A DNA stretch of 64,000 bases from an uncultured Candidatus Poseidoniales archaeon (GTDB taxonomy: Archaea > Thermoplasmatota > Poseidoniia > Poseidoniales > Poseidoniaceae). Where the stretch lies: positions 5,332 through 69,331 of the forward strand of contig CAXGJQ010000001.1 of assembly GCA_964009815.1 (NCBI GenBank). The letters run 5' to 3'. Shown one piece after another: positions 1 to 10,134 of this stretch (positions are counted from its first letter, which is position 1; each line of letters begins with the position of its first letter). The position numbers were made by a program, and so were the translations under genes. The notes beneath the pieces were generated by a model. It did not search any database. It was not told the origin of the DNA and worked only from the letters and a program-made list of their open reading frames with translations.

Positions 1-1453
1 CTTGTTGCTTTCCACGGCGGTCGTTGTGTTGTGGAGGACGGCCGCCTGAAGGGCGGTTGGGGCGGTCGCTTTTCTGCCCAGGTCGATTTGGGCGGTTGTT
101 CGAGTTACGGTCGTCGTTTCGCCGGTTGCCGCCACGTTGGCCGCCAGACCGATTGCCGCCACGTTGACCTCCCGAGCGGTTGCCGCCATCGCCTCGCTTC
201 TGGCCACCACGGTTGTAACGACGCATTCCGCTGCCGCGCCCGGTGCCGCGACGAGAACGTCCCCCGCCGGGTGAGCCCTTGACCCGTCCGGGTTTTTGAC
301 CGGGCTTGGGCCGTGCCTTCTCGAAATGGTACGGTTGGTCTTCCAACACTTCGATTTCTTCACCAAGGAGTTGCTGAATGCCAACCAAATACCCCGATTC
401 TGTTTCATCACAAAACGAGTAGGCCAATCCTTCTCGTCCTGCCCGTGCCGTTCGGCCGATGCGATGGATGTAGACTTCCGGTTCATTGGGAAGATCAAAA
501 TTGAACACGTGCGTGATGTCTTCGACATCGATGCCGCGACTGGCGATATCGGTGGCCACCAGCACAAACACATCGCCTTTTTTGAACGAGGCGAGGGCTT
601 TGGTTCGGGCGGTTTGACTCTTATCACCATGAATGGAATCGGAGGGAATGCCAACCTTGCTGAGCTGCTTCGCCAAACGATTTGCAGCGTGTTTTGTTCG
701 TGTGAAAACAATGCCGCACGAAACCATTTGTCCCTCGATAAGGTCAATGAGCAACTCGCGCTTGTCACTTTTTTGGACGAACGCAATGTACTGCTCGATC
801 CGGTCGGTGGTTGGCGCTTCTGGACTGATGTCAACTTCTACAGGACGGTGAAGCATTCGGCCGGCGAGTGTACCAATGGCTTTGGGCATGGTTGCACTGA
901 ACATCAGATTCTGACGCTTGTTTGGAACAAGGGCGAGGATACGCTCAACGTCCTTGCTAAAGCCCATGTCAAGCATGCGGTCAGCCTCATCCAAAACGAA
1001 GTGCTCCACCTGGCTCAAATCAACATGGCCTTGATTGTGAAGGTCCAGGAGGCGTCCTGGTGTTGCGACCAAAATATCCACGCCACGTCGAAGAGCTTTG
1101 ACCTGTGGCGATTGCCCGACTCCACCGAAAATGACGGTCGAGTACAACGGAAGATGGCGCCCGTAAACGCGCAGGCGTTCAGCAATTTGGGCAGCCAGTT
1201 CACGGGTGGGGGTGAGCATGAGCGCTCGAATGGGTCGTCCAGAATTGGGCTGCTCACTGGCGAGGTGGTGAAGAATGGGAAGGGCGAAGGCAGCCGTTTT
1301 TCCCGTACCGGTCTGCGCGATACCCATCACGTCGCGGCCCGACATCAGGGCTGGAATTGTTTCGGATTGAACCGGTGTAGGGGTCTGATACCCTTCGGAA
1401 GTCAGAGCTTCCAAAATTCGTTCATCAAGTTCTAAATCGCTGAAGGTTGACAT
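1..1453 (-). CDS. DEAD-box RNA helicase (RhlE/CshA-like), 3' end runs off the window
   Basis: Hand translation of the minus strand from ATG at 1453: MSTFSDLELDERILEAL..GYQTPTPVQ (Q motif), AQTGTGKT (motif I), VLDEADRM (II), FSATMP (III), HRIGRTARAG (VI), then a G/N/R/Q-rich tail. Absent from the ORF track because it has no stop in the window. Confidence 0.95.
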   Translation of the reverse strand, partial: MSTFSDLELDERILEALTSEGYQTPTPVQSETIPALMSGRDVMGIAQTGTGKTAAFALPILHHLASEQPNSGRPIRALMLTPTRELAAQIAERLRVYGRHLPLYSTVIFGGVGQSPQVKALRRGVDILVATPGRLLDLHNQGHVDLSQVEHFVLDEADRMLDMGFSKDVERILALVPNKRQNLMFSATMPKAIGTLAGRMLHRPVEVDISPEAPTTDRIEQYIAFVQKSDKRELLIDLIEGQMVSCGIVFTRTKHAANRLAKQLSKVGIPSDSIHGDKSQTARTKALASFKKGDVFVLVATDIASRGIDVEDITHVFNFDLPNEPEVYIHRIGRTARAGREGLAYSFCDETESGYLVGIQQLLGEEIEVLEDQPYHFEKARPKPGQKPGRVKGSPGGGRSRRGTGRGSGMRRYNRGGQKRGDGGNRSGGQRGGNRSGGQRGGNRRNDDRNSNNRPNRPGQKSDRPNRPSGGRPPQHNDRRGKQQ

Positions 1454-1631
1454 GCCGATGCCTCAAGGACGAGCACCCCGCGACCGTAGCCTTCGGACCA
1501 ACCGCTCCATTCGGGCCTCCAACCCTTTCCCTATGAACACCGAGGGTCGCGACCAAGTCAAACAAGACATTCAGTTTGATATCCATGAAAACGAACCATG
1601 GGTTTCTTGTTCATGACATCGGTTTCGGGTT

Positions 1632-2564
1632 ATGGGCCGGCCTCTTCACGTTGTGACCGGCGCTTTTGGCTACTCAGGCCGATGGATTGCTCACCACCTG
1701 TTGAAAGAGGGTGTGCACGTTCGAACATTGACCAACGCCGTGGGACGAGACGACCCCTTTGATGGGCAAGTGGAAGTGCATGGACTTGATTTCAACGATA
1801 TGGACCGGTTGGTCGATTCATTGCGTGGTGCTGAAGTGCTCTACAACACGTATTGGGTTCGATACAACAAGCGAGACAAGCAATTCGCTCACAACACCGC
1901 CGTAGAGAACACACGACGGTTGTTTGAGGCAGCAACCTTGGCCGGTGTCAAGCGCATCGTCCAATTCTCTGTGGCCAATCCAACCAAAGCTCCAAATTGG
2001 ACGTATTTTGAAGGCAAAGTGGAAGTTGAGCGTCTATTGGAAACATCGGGACTCTCCTACGCCATTTTGCGTCCAACGGTTCTTTTTGGTGGCCATCGAA
2101 ACGTCCTCATCAACAACATCGCCTGGATGCTCCGTCGATTCCCTGTTTTCGGCGTGTTTGGTTTTGGCAATTATCCGATTCAACCGGTTCATGTTGAGGA
2201 TGTTGCAGAGGTGGCCATCGCCCAAGGCAAGGCAAAAGAGAACGCCATCGTAGACGTTACTGGCCCCGAGACGTTTCGCTACAAGGACTACATTCGCCAC
2301 ATGGTAAAGGCGATGGGATTGAGGCGGATGATTCTCCCCATACCTCCGCTGGCCGGGTGGATGTTTGGAAGGGTGTTGGGTGTGTTTTTGCAGGACGATG
2401 TCATCACGCGCGCTGAAATCAAAGGTCTCCGTCAAGGATTGATGGCCTCGTCTGCCCCACCGGTGGGCACGCGTTTGTTCTCAGAATGGATCGCTGAGCA
2501 CGGGGCGTCCTTTGGTGAACGCTATCAAAATGATTTGAAAGAGCGACGCTACAAAGCGCCCTGA
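1632..2564 (+). CDS. NAD(P)-binding atypical SDR / epimerase (NDUFA9-like)
   Basis: VTGAFGYSG Rossmann motif, YFEGK (YxxxK), ILRPTVLFG, QPVHVEDVA. Confidence 0.8.
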   Translation: MGRPLHVVTGAFGYSGRWIAHHLLKEGVHVRTLTNAVGRDDPFDGQVEVHGLDFNDMDRLVDSLRGAEVLYNTYWVRYNKRDKQFAHNTAVENTRRLFEAATLAGVKRIVQFSVANPTKAPNWTYFEGKVEVERLLETSGLSYAILRPTVLFGGHRNVLINNIAWMLRRFPVFGVFGFGNYPIQPVHVEDVAEVAIAQGKAKENAIVDVTGPETFRYKDYIRHMVKAMGLRRMILPIPPLAGWMFGRVLGVFLQDDVITRAEIKGLRQGLMASSAPPVGTRLFSEWIAEHGASFGERYQNDLKERRYKAP

Positions 2565-3017
2565 TTACAGCCCGAGGGCCTCGGGCTTGACTCGGGAGGA
2601 AAATCGCGTGACCGTACCGTCGGCCTCGATGATGAATTTTTCAAAATTCCAACGAATATCGCCATCGTAACCATCGGCATCAGCGGTCTGGCAAAGGGCA
2701 TCGTAGAGTGAAAGGCGGTCCTCCCCGTTCACATCGGCCTTCGCCATGAGCGGAAAGGACACGTTGTAGGTAGAGGAGGTAAATTCGCAAATCTCCTCAT
2801 GGGTTCCAGGCTCTTGACGGCCGAATTGATTGCACGGAAAACCGATGACGGTCAAATCGTCATGGGCTTCGTGAAGAGACTGCAGGCCAGCGTATTGTGG
2901 CGTTGCTCCACAAGCACTGGCCACGTTCACCACCAGCCAACGAGTGCCGCCGAGTGCTCGAAGAGTGGTTTGTTCGCCGTCCATGTTCGTAAAGGGGATG
3001 TCGAGTGGGTTGCCCAT
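2565..3017 (-). CDS. Cys-type glutathione peroxidase family protein
   Basis: VNVASACG, GFPCNQFGRQEPG and WNFEKF signatures. Confidence 0.93.
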   Translation of the reverse strand: MGNPLDIPFTNMDGEQTTLRALGGTRWLVVNVASACGATPQYAGLQSLHEAHDDLTVIGFPCNQFGRQEPGTHEEICEFTSSTYNVSFPLMAKADVNGEDRLSLYDALCQTADADGYDGDIRWNFEKFIIEADGTVTRFSSRVKPEALGL

Positions 3018-3105
3018 GATTTATTTTTGATGCCCATTAATTATCAAGGTGTGGTTCACTGCAAGAGAGGCAAATCCTCTTCAAGTGCCGGTCAGTGGTT
3101 AGGCT

Positions 3106-3669
3106 ATGCACATTCTCATGGAGACCACCGCAGGCAACATAACCATCGAACTCTTTACCGAAACCATGCCGGTCACGGCAGGCAATTTCCTTGATTTGGT
3201 TCAACAAGGCTACTACGATGGCCTTCACTTCCATCGAGTCATCAAGGGATTCATGCTTCAAGGCGGTTGCCCCTACTCGGCAGACCCCAACTCCCCGCGT
3301 GCAGGGACTGGAGGGCCAAAGAGTGGAGGGAACTACACGACCAGTGATGGCCAATCAATTACTCGAAACCGAGGAGGAAACATCCCCGATGAGCATCCAG
3401 AAAATGCTCAGTTTTCAAACAAAGTCGGAACGCTTTCCATGGCCAACACGGGCCGGCCCGACAGTGGTGGCTCGCAATTCTTCATCAACACCAAACACAA
3501 TGATTTCCTTGATTGGTGGGACACTCGCTCACCCTCTGCCCACCCTGTCTTTGGCAAGGTCACTGAAGGTATCGATGTCGTGAGAACCATTGAGAACACG
3601 AAAACAAATCCACAAACAGATCGCCCGAAAACTCCTCAGCAAATCATCCGATGCACCGTCGTAGAGTGA
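3106..3669 (+). CDS. Cyclophilin-type peptidyl-prolyl isomerase
   Basis: YYDGLHFHRVIKGFMLQGG, LSMAN, GSQFFIN, HPVFGKV. Confidence 0.95.
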   Translation: MHILMETTAGNITIELFTETMPVTAGNFLDLVQQGYYDGLHFHRVIKGFMLQGGCPYSADPNSPRAGTGGPKSGGNYTTSDGQSITRNRGGNIPDEHPENAQFSNKVGTLSMANTGRPDSGGSQFFINTKHNDFLDWWDTRSPSAHPVFGKVTEGIDVVRTIENTKTNPQTDRPKTPQQIIRCTVVE

Positions 3670-3675
3670 CCTCCA

Positions 3676-4641
3676 TTGGAGCGTGAAGGTTTGGTTGTTC
3701 TCGCCGTGCACGGAGGTGCAGGTGGCGACGGGCCCTGGCGCGGCATGACCGACGCAGACCCACAACGTGTTGCCTGCATGCAAGCGCTCCTCACAGACCT
3801 CGGGAAGCGGCTCGCTCAAGGTGAACTCACGGCGACTGAAGCGGTGACCTTGGCGGTCGAAGCCATGGAAGACGAACCGTTGTTCAACGCTGGAAAAGGC
3901 TCAGTGCTGGACGAAAACGGCGAGGTGAGCATGGACGCCAGCATCATGCGAGGCGTGGACCAAGCAGCTGGCGCCGTCATCGGCCTGAAGACCTCACGCC
4001 ACCCAATACGAGTAGCGCATCATCTGTTGGCCAAAGGTTGGCCCGTTATGTTGACCGGTTCGGCCGGCGACCGATTTGGCGAGGAAGAGGGAGTTGAGCA
4101 GGTGGAATTGCCATGGCTCAAAACCGAACTGCGTCAAGCGCAGTGGGCCAAATGGAAGGACCAACGCCTCCGCCCCGGGGCAACCGACGAAGAGGATGCT
4201 TTGCTCGACCACGATGGAGATGAGGATGGATGGGGCACGGTTGGAGCGGTGGCCTTGGACGTCCATGGAAACGTGGCTGCAGCCACGTCCACCGGCGGAA
4301 TGACCGGAAAGCCGGTTGGACGTGTTGGTGACACCGGAATCATCGGAGCAGGCACCTGGGCTGACGCCAGCATAGCGGTTTCCTGCACCGGAATTGGTGA
4401 GGCCTTCATTCGAACGGCGGCGGCCCATTCAATGGCCATTCACCATCGAACGATGTCCTTGCCGCAGGCAGCGGAACGTGTGTTGAATGAAGTGGAACCG
4501 TTTGGCGGGCGTGGTGGATTGATTGCCCTCAACAGCCAAGGCGACGTCGTCATGCCATTTCAGACGATGTTGATGTACCGAGGGGTGTTTCAAGATGGCG
4601 AGGTGAAGGTTGGCATTGGACCGGAGTTCATTCAATCATAA
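3676..4641 (+). CDS. Isoaspartyl peptidase / L-asparaginase (Ntn hydrolase)
   Basis: VHGGAG, FNAGKGS, MDASIM, GTVGAVA (Thr nucleophile), TSTGG, GRVGD, TGIGE; TTG start. Confidence 0.92.
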   Translation: MEREGLVVLAVHGGAGGDGPWRGMTDADPQRVACMQALLTDLGKRLAQGELTATEAVTLAVEAMEDEPLFNAGKGSVLDENGEVSMDASIMRGVDQAAGAVIGLKTSRHPIRVAHHLLAKGWPVMLTGSAGDRFGEEEGVEQVELPWLKTELRQAQWAKWKDQRLRPGATDEEDALLDHDGDEDGWGTVGAVALDVHGNVAAATSTGGMTGKPVGRVGDTGIIGAGTWADASIAVSCTGIGEAFIRTAAAHSMAIHHRTMSLPQAAERVLNEVEPFGGRGGLIALNSQGDVVMPFQTMLMYRGVFQDGEVKVGIGPEFIQS

Positions 4642-4682
4642 ACGCCCCTAAGTTCATGACCTGTTAGGCGGACCGGAGGCTT

Positions 4683-5858
4683 ATGCCTGTGGATGCGGAT
4701 GAAGCCTTGCGCAGAGCAACATTGATTCGCAGCGACCCGTCACTCCGAGGAATATCACGCCGCAACGCAGCGACCGAAGAAGGCGAAATCCTGTGGGAAT
4801 ACCTCGCTCCAGACGGTGAGCTCGTTGAGGAGGAAGATATCGTTGAACGCTGGAATAAGATGGGACTGCCGCCGGCGTGGGAAGATGTTTGGATTTGCCC
4901 CAATCCACGAGGCCACATTCAAGCAACTGGCAGGGACGTGAAGGGCCGATTGCAATACCGCTACCATTCTGATTGGACGGAGATCACCACCGAAATGAAG
5001 TACGATGACGTGGTGTATTTCGCCTCCCAACTCCCCCGCCTCCGGCGCCAAGTTGCTCGTGATTTGGAGTCGGGAGGAATGACCCTCAACACGGTCGCGG
5101 CCCTGGTGGTTCGATTGATTGACCTTTACAACATCCGCGTGGGTTCTGATGAATACGCGAAAGCCAACGAATCCTACGGTTTGACGACCCTCAAATCCAT
5201 GCACGTGAAACACATCAAAGGAGACGACGCAGAAGGGCGCCATGATGCAATTTTCTCCTTCACCGGTAAGTCGGGTAAAGATTGGGACATCACCATCAAG
5301 GACGACTACCTCGTGGATTTGATTCTCAAAACCAATCGTCTCGGGGCAAAGAATGCTGACTTGTTCATGTACATCTCAGAGGCTGGAAACGAGGTTGACC
5401 TCAAGGCCGAACATATCAACCAGTACATTCGGGAGTCAAGTGGTATGGCGTTCACAGCCAAAAATTTCCGAACATGGGCGGCGACGTACCGTTGCGCAGA
5501 ACGCTTGGCCTTTCTGGCCAGGCCAAAAACCAGCCAAGAAATGAAAAAATGGATGAGGTCCATTCCGAAGGTTGATTCAATGACCAAACTGTGGAGCGAA
5601 GGCGATTGGGCGCCTCCGGCCAGTGAAGCCGCCAAGAACAAGGCCATGCTTGCCGTTATTGATACCGTCGCTGCTGACCTTGGAAACACACGAACGGTGT
5701 GCCGTTCATCCTACATTCATCCTTGGTTCCTCGATGCTTGGGCGGAAGAACGGTTGGGGGAAAAATGGGCTGAATTTGAGGAAATGCGCGCCATGGGCAA
5801 CATGACCGGGGGCGAAAGCACCACCCTTCGAATCTTGAAATCAGTCATCAAAGGGTGA
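4683..5858 (+). CDS. DNA topoisomerase IB, short bacterial/poxvirus-like type
   Basis: [30 protein letters not shown]-terminal motif; catalytic set R (IRVG), K (GKSG), R (KNFRTW), N (LGNT), Y (RSSYIHP). Confidence 0.92.
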   Translation: MPVDADEALRRATLIRSDPSLRGISRRNAATEEGEILWEYLAPDGELVEEEDIVERWNKMGLPPAWEDVWICPNPRGHIQATGRDVKGRLQYRYHSDWTEITTEMKYDDVVYFASQLPRLRRQVARDLESGGMTLNTVAALVVRLIDLYNIRVGSDEYAKANESYGLTTLKSMHVKHIKGDDAEGRHDAIFSFTGKSGKDWDITIKDDYLVDLILKTNRLGAKNADLFMYISEAGNEVDLKAEHINQYIRESSGMAFTAKNFRTWAATYRCAERLAFLARPKTSQEMKKWMRSIPKVDSMTKLWSEGDWAPPASEAAKNKAMLAVIDTVAADLGNTRTVCRSSYIHPWFLDAWAEERLGEKWAEFEEMRAMGNMTGGESTTLRILKSVIKG

Positions 5859-5934
5859 GCCTCTTCATTGGGCTTGGTTCGCCTCTTTTTCTGTCTGCGC
5901 ATTATTTATTAAATGCCGCCACCGGATTGAAATC

Positions 5935-7536
5935 ATGGCAAAACACCGAGCGGGCGACCGTCGAATTATCAGCATCAGCATTCCAGAAGACTTGGCCAAA
6001 AAACTGGACCGTAAAGTCGGAAAAGGCCGAGCAGGTGGCCGGTCAGCGACCATCGCCCGGTTGATTCAGCAAGGGCTTGAAGAACAAACTCCCACGGTTT
6101 CTGAACCGCCTGCAGAAAGCCGTCGGGCAGAAGCCACCGAAGGGGAAGTGCGAATTGAATCCGATACGATGGGTGAGCTCAACGTCCCGGCCGACCGCTA
6201 TTTTGGGTGTCAAACCGCTCGCTCACTTCTCAACTTTGATATCGGCCATGACACCATGCCTTTGGGCGTTGTTCGCGCCTTTGGTGTGCTAAAGCAAGCC
6301 GCTGCAAAGACCAACGTGGCCCTCAAACAACTCGACCCAGAAGTGGGCGACCTCATCATCGCTGCGTCGCAAGAAGTGATTGATGGACACTTGAACGAGC
6401 ACTTTCCACTTCGCGTTTGGCAAACCGGAAGCGGTACGCAATCGAACATGAACACCAACGAGGTGATCGCCAATCGAGCCATCGAAATTGCGGGTGGCGT
6501 CTTGGGTTCCAAATCACCCGTTCATCCCAACGACCACGTCAATCGGGCTCAATCGTCCAATGACACGTTTCCAACCGCCATGCACATCGCCGCTGCCGAG
6601 GCGTTCACGCATCGTCTGCTCCCCAGCGTACGTGCTCTTCGCGATGCTTTGCAAGCCAAATCAGTGGAATGGAGAGACATCGTAAAAATCGGGCGCACCC
6701 ACCTCATGGACGCTGTCCCTCTGACCCTCGGGCAGGAAGCATCGGGATGGGTGGCTCAATTGGACGCCGACCTCCGGCGGCTTGACTTTGCACTGGACGA
6801 CTTGTTTGAATTGGCCCTTGGCGGAACGGCGGTGGGGACTGGACTCAATGCCCATCCCCTCTTCGCTCAGATGGTGGCTGATGAAATTGCCAACATAACA
6901 GGCTTGACCTTTTGCTCTGCAGAGAACAAATTCGCTCAACTGGCTGCACACGATGCTATCGTTGCAGCGTCCGGGGCGCTGAACACCTTGGCGGCGTCAC
7001 TGATGAAAATCGCCAACGACATTCGGTGGTTGGGCTCCGGTCCCCGTTGCGGACTTGGCGAATTGGCTTTGCCGGCCAACGAGCCGGGGTCGTCCATCAT
7101 GCCTGGAAAGGTGAACCCGACCCAATCCGAAGCCATGACCATGGTGTGCTGCCAAGTCATGGGCAACCACACGGCCATCACCATTGGAGGAAGCCAAGGC
7201 AACTTCGAATTGAACGTCTTCAAGCCACTGATGATTCACAATTTCATGCACTCCGTGGACCTGCTCACAGATGCGTGCCGAACCTTCCGAACCCGCTGTG
7301 TGGAGGGGCTGGTCGCTGTTGAAGACAACATCCAGTCGCACTTGGAGAATTCGCTGATGCTGGTCACCGCCCTCAACAACCACATTGGGTACGATAAATC
7401 GGCCAAGATTGCGAAGAATGCCCACGAAAAGGGAACAACGCTTCGCGAATCTGCGCTTGAATTGGGCTACTTGACCAATGATGAGTTCGATGCTTGGGTT
7501 CGCCCTGAGCTTATGACGGGACCGAAACAAGGTTGA
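5935..7536 (+). CDS. fumC: Class II fumarate hydratase with a fused N-terminal ribbon-helix-helix domain
   Basis: [44 protein letters not shown]; residues ~10-50 [25 protein letters not shown] fit a CopG/NikR-like RHH. Confidence 0.93.
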   Translation: MAKHRAGDRRIISISIPEDLAKKLDRKVGKGRAGGRSATIARLIQQGLEEQTPTVSEPPAESRRAEATEGEVRIESDTMGELNVPADRYFGCQTARSLLNFDIGHDTMPLGVVRAFGVLKQAAAKTNVALKQLDPEVGDLIIAASQEVIDGHLNEHFPLRVWQTGSGTQSNMNTNEVIANRAIEIAGGVLGSKSPVHPNDHVNRAQSSNDTFPTAMHIAAAEAFTHRLLPSVRALRDALQAKSVEWRDIVKIGRTHLMDAVPLTLGQEASGWVAQLDADLRRLDFALDDLFELALGGTAVGTGLNAHPLFAQMVADEIANITGLTFCSAENKFAQLAAHDAIVAASGALNTLAASLMKIANDIRWLGSGPRCGLGELALPANEPGSSIMPGKVNPTQSEAMTMVCCQVMGNHTAITIGGSQGNFELNVFKPLMIHNFMHSVDLLTDACRTFRTRCVEGLVAVEDNIQSHLENSLMLVTALNNHIGYDKSAKIAKNAHEKGTTLRESALELGYLTNDEFDAWVRPELMTGPKQG

Positions 7537-7537
7537 G

Positions 7538-8617
7538 TCAAGAACGGCGGAGCGCCCGAAGTTTTGCCTGGAGGGCAGAGGTTCGCTCATCGGTCTGTTC
7601 TGTCATTGAAGGCCCCTGGCTCTTCAGGCGACGGTGCAACATTTCACGATCCCAGACATGGATTTGACCATCTTCGCACCCGATAGCGGCCCGTTCCTGA
7701 GTGCCGTGCATGCTCCGCACTTTGGCAAACTCACCCGTCGCAACTTTTCCGCCTTTATCGGTGGCCCAAACGTTGAGCATACTGCCTTGACCGTCGTCAC
7801 GGGCCAACCACAGGAGTGAGGCTCCGTTTTGCTCCATGGCTTCGGTTTGGGCAGAGACTGGCGCCCCATGCGATGACCAACATTTGTCGCCTTTCTCTGT
7901 TCGACCAACGGCAAGGCCAGCATCGGTGGTTGCCACGTAGCCTTTGACCATGCACGTCAAGTGTTCAATGGCGCCTTCTTCGGTGGAGAGCACCGTTCCA
8001 AGATGTGAAACAACGCTCCCGTCGGTTTGCCCAAACAACCCTTGGGTTCGCCCGGTCGCTCCCGCGGTGGTGGGAGAAGAAGTGGGGGGTTTTGTGTGGG
8101 TGAAGGGCGGAGCGCCTGAGATGTCGAGGTGGCCGCATCGTGGACGCCCCAATCCGGCGAGCAAAGCATCGTCGGTGCAAACGAGAGTCCACGGGCGTTC
8201 ATCCATCCGTTCGACCCAAAGCAAGGTTCCATCCGAAGCGATTCTCCAAATCGCCGATTCAATGAAATCGTTGTGCTCGATATCGTACACCGAAGAGATG
8301 GCCACGACATCGCCTTGCCACCAAATGATGTCGTCAGCGCTTCCCTCGAGGGCCATTGACCACAGCTCTTCACCGGTGTTTCTGTCAAGGGAAACGACGT
8401 GCAAACCACTGGCTACGACGACTTGGGTTTCACTCAAGGCGATGGCGCTAACCCGGTCGTTGGTTTGAGCAGTCCACCGGTGTTCGCCGTCTTCGGCCCA
8501 GTGCGTCAAGCGACCATGCCATCCCCCTGCAAACACATCCTGTTCGGGCGTAAGGTGAACCATGGAAACCGGTTGGTCCAAATTTCGGACCATCCATGTC
8601 GCCCCCTTCAGGTCCAT
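7538..8617 (-). CDS. PQQ/WD40-like beta-propeller protein
   Basis: Repeated W-containing blades (TGEELWS, DGTLLWV, GCEDGQIHVWD). Confidence 0.6.
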   Translation of the reverse strand: MDLKGATWMVRNLDQPVSMVHLTPEQDVFAGGWHGRLTHWAEDGEHRWTAQTNDRVSAIALSETQVVVASGLHVVSLDRNTGEELWSMALEGSADDIIWWQGDVVAISSVYDIEHNDFIESAIWRIASDGTLLWVERMDERPWTLVCTDDALLAGLGRPRCGHLDISGAPPFTHTKPPTSSPTTAGATGRTQGLFGQTDGSVVSHLGTVLSTEEGAIEHLTCMVKGYVATTDAGLAVGRTEKGDKCWSSHGAPVSAQTEAMEQNGASLLWLARDDGQGSMLNVWATDKGGKVATGEFAKVRSMHGTQERAAIGCEDGQIHVWDREMLHRRLKSQGPSMTEQTDERTSALQAKLRALRRS

Positions 8618-8752
8618 GCAACGAGGAAGCCCTCCCCCGACATAAGGAGGTCGCTCGGTAGCGTCAACTTTCCTCGCATTCTGGACCGTTCACTTCCACC
8701 GAGCAAAAAAGAAAGGCTACCGTGAACAACACGGCTTAGGGATGGTGAGCGC

Positions 8753-9220
8753 ATGATAACACGGGAAGGTATTGAAAAGGCACAACAAGCATGGGGAGAA
8801 GGAATTGTAGCGATGGCTTCGGCACACCTCGAGGAGGGCGATTATGTTGGAATCGCTCGAAACCACGTCGAAACCCTGTACGCTTACGGAATGAGCACGG
8901 TTTTGTTCAAGCCAACCCTCGCTGCCGTGGAGCAATTTCGCCCCACCTTCGAGCAAGCACTCTCCTATTTTGTCGCCTCCAACAATGCCTGCCCTGAAGA
9001 CAAAGGATTCGCTATCAAGGGATGGACAAAGGTTCGATTTGAGAACACCGACATCATCCTCGATGGGTCAACCGCTTTGGCCATGGGGAACTATTTCTTC
9101 ACGCCCCCGAAGGGCGAGGAAGTCAAGGTGGAATACACGTTTGGCTACGTGCTGGATGATGCTGGCGCCTTGCGAATCAATCTCCATCACTCCTCCATGC
9201 CAGCCATTGCCGACCAATAG
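8753..9220 (+). CDS. COG4337 / NTF2-fold protein, candidate iota-class carbonic anhydrase
   Basis: AQQAWGEGIV, VLFKPTLA, ALSYFV, EDKGFA..W, MGNY and C-terminal LRINLHHSSMP match the COG4337 pattern as recalled. Confidence 0.75.
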   Translation: MITREGIEKAQQAWGEGIVAMASAHLEEGDYVGIARNHVETLYAYGMSTVLFKPTLAAVEQFRPTFEQALSYFVASNNACPEDKGFAIKGWTKVRFENTDIILDGSTALAMGNYFFTPPKGEEVKVEYTFGYVLDDAGALRINLHHSSMPAIADQ

Positions 9221-9231
9221 GCCCTCTTCCT

Positions 9232-10113
9232 TCACAGCATTGGAATTCGGCGGCGCGGAATAGCAAACGTGAGCACAAAGGCAAGCAAGCCGAAAATGCA
9301 GGCCGACCAGTAATGCCCTACCGTGAAAAAGGCGACCACAGAGGATGTACGAAGCAGAACAATGGAACCCGATTTCAGTGCCCAAACAGAAAACCCAGCC
9401 GCGATGAGGGAGAGGCCCATGAACGCAAAGCCAACCAAAACATACACGGCTTGAGCGCTGGAATCCATCAAAGGATGGTCTTGTTGAGAAGGGGTTCGAT
9501 CCACTGTGCGAATCTCGCATGCTTCGGTGGTTCCTTCACAGGGCTCTTCTGCAAAGGTTTGCTCGGAGGGGAATTCGAAATCAATCGATGTAAATCCAAT
9601 GGGTTCAATCAATGCCGGGGGAGACAAGAGAACGCGGTTGGAATAGACGTCGCGATGGTCGTTGCGATGAACGATGATGTCCACGCGAATCAACCCAGGG
9701 TCCAATTGTTCAAAGGAGAAATATCCCGATTCGTCGGTCACGTTTTCCTCGGAAACCCACATGCTCGAGGCGTCGTCCAACCATGAAAGGTAGACCGTGG
9801 CGTTCACCATGGGTTGTCCAGCCTCATCCACCACCGTTCCGGTGAATGTCGCCGTATCGTCTGGAGCCGTCAACGCCAATCGGTAAACAAATTCATCCGG
9901 TCGCACCAAACCATCGTTGGGAGAAGCATAATCCAAACCGTTGAGAAAACCCAACATGCACGTGAAGAGGAGAAACACAGCGGTCGCTTTTCCGATGGGG
10001 TGGAGATTTGGGTCTTCGATGGTGAGAACAGCCTTGGAAGAGGCAAACAGCATGGGCGTCTCATCGGTCATTTCGTCGAGGTAGGTCGCATCGTCTTCTG
10101 CGCCCTCCGACAT
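9232..10113 (-). CDS. Membrane protein with a carboxypeptidase-regulatory-like (prealbumin-fold) domain
   Basis: N-terminal TM; TGTVVDEAGQPMVNATV..TDESGYFSFEQLDPG; C-terminal TM bundle. Confidence 0.65.
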   Translation of the reverse strand: MSEGAEDDATYLDEMTDETPMLFASSKAVLTIEDPNLHPIGKATAVFLLFTCMLGFLNGLDYASPNDGLVRPDEFVYRLALTAPDDTATFTGTVVDEAGQPMVNATVYLSWLDDASSMWVSEENVTDESGYFSFEQLDPGLIRVDIIVHRNDHRDVYSNRVLLSPPALIEPIGFTSIDFEFPSEQTFAEEPCEGTTEACEIRTVDRTPSQQDHPLMDSSAQAVYVLVGFAFMGLSLIAAGFSVWALKSGSIVLLRTSSVVAFFTVGHYWSACIFGLLAFVLTFAIPRRRIPML

Positions 10114-10134
10114 GGTCTTGCTGAGGCGGGCGCC

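Noticed and set aside
296..1435. 379-aa plus-strand ORF
   Set aside because: Antisense shadow of the DEAD-box helicase, whose motifs are all on the minus strand.
2565..3017. Selenocysteine-containing GPx
   Set aside because: The active-site codon encodes Cys (ASACG), with no in-frame TGA.
4683..5858. Tyrosine integrase marking a mobile element
   Set aside because: The motifs are TopIB-specific and the flanks are housekeeping genes with no att sites.
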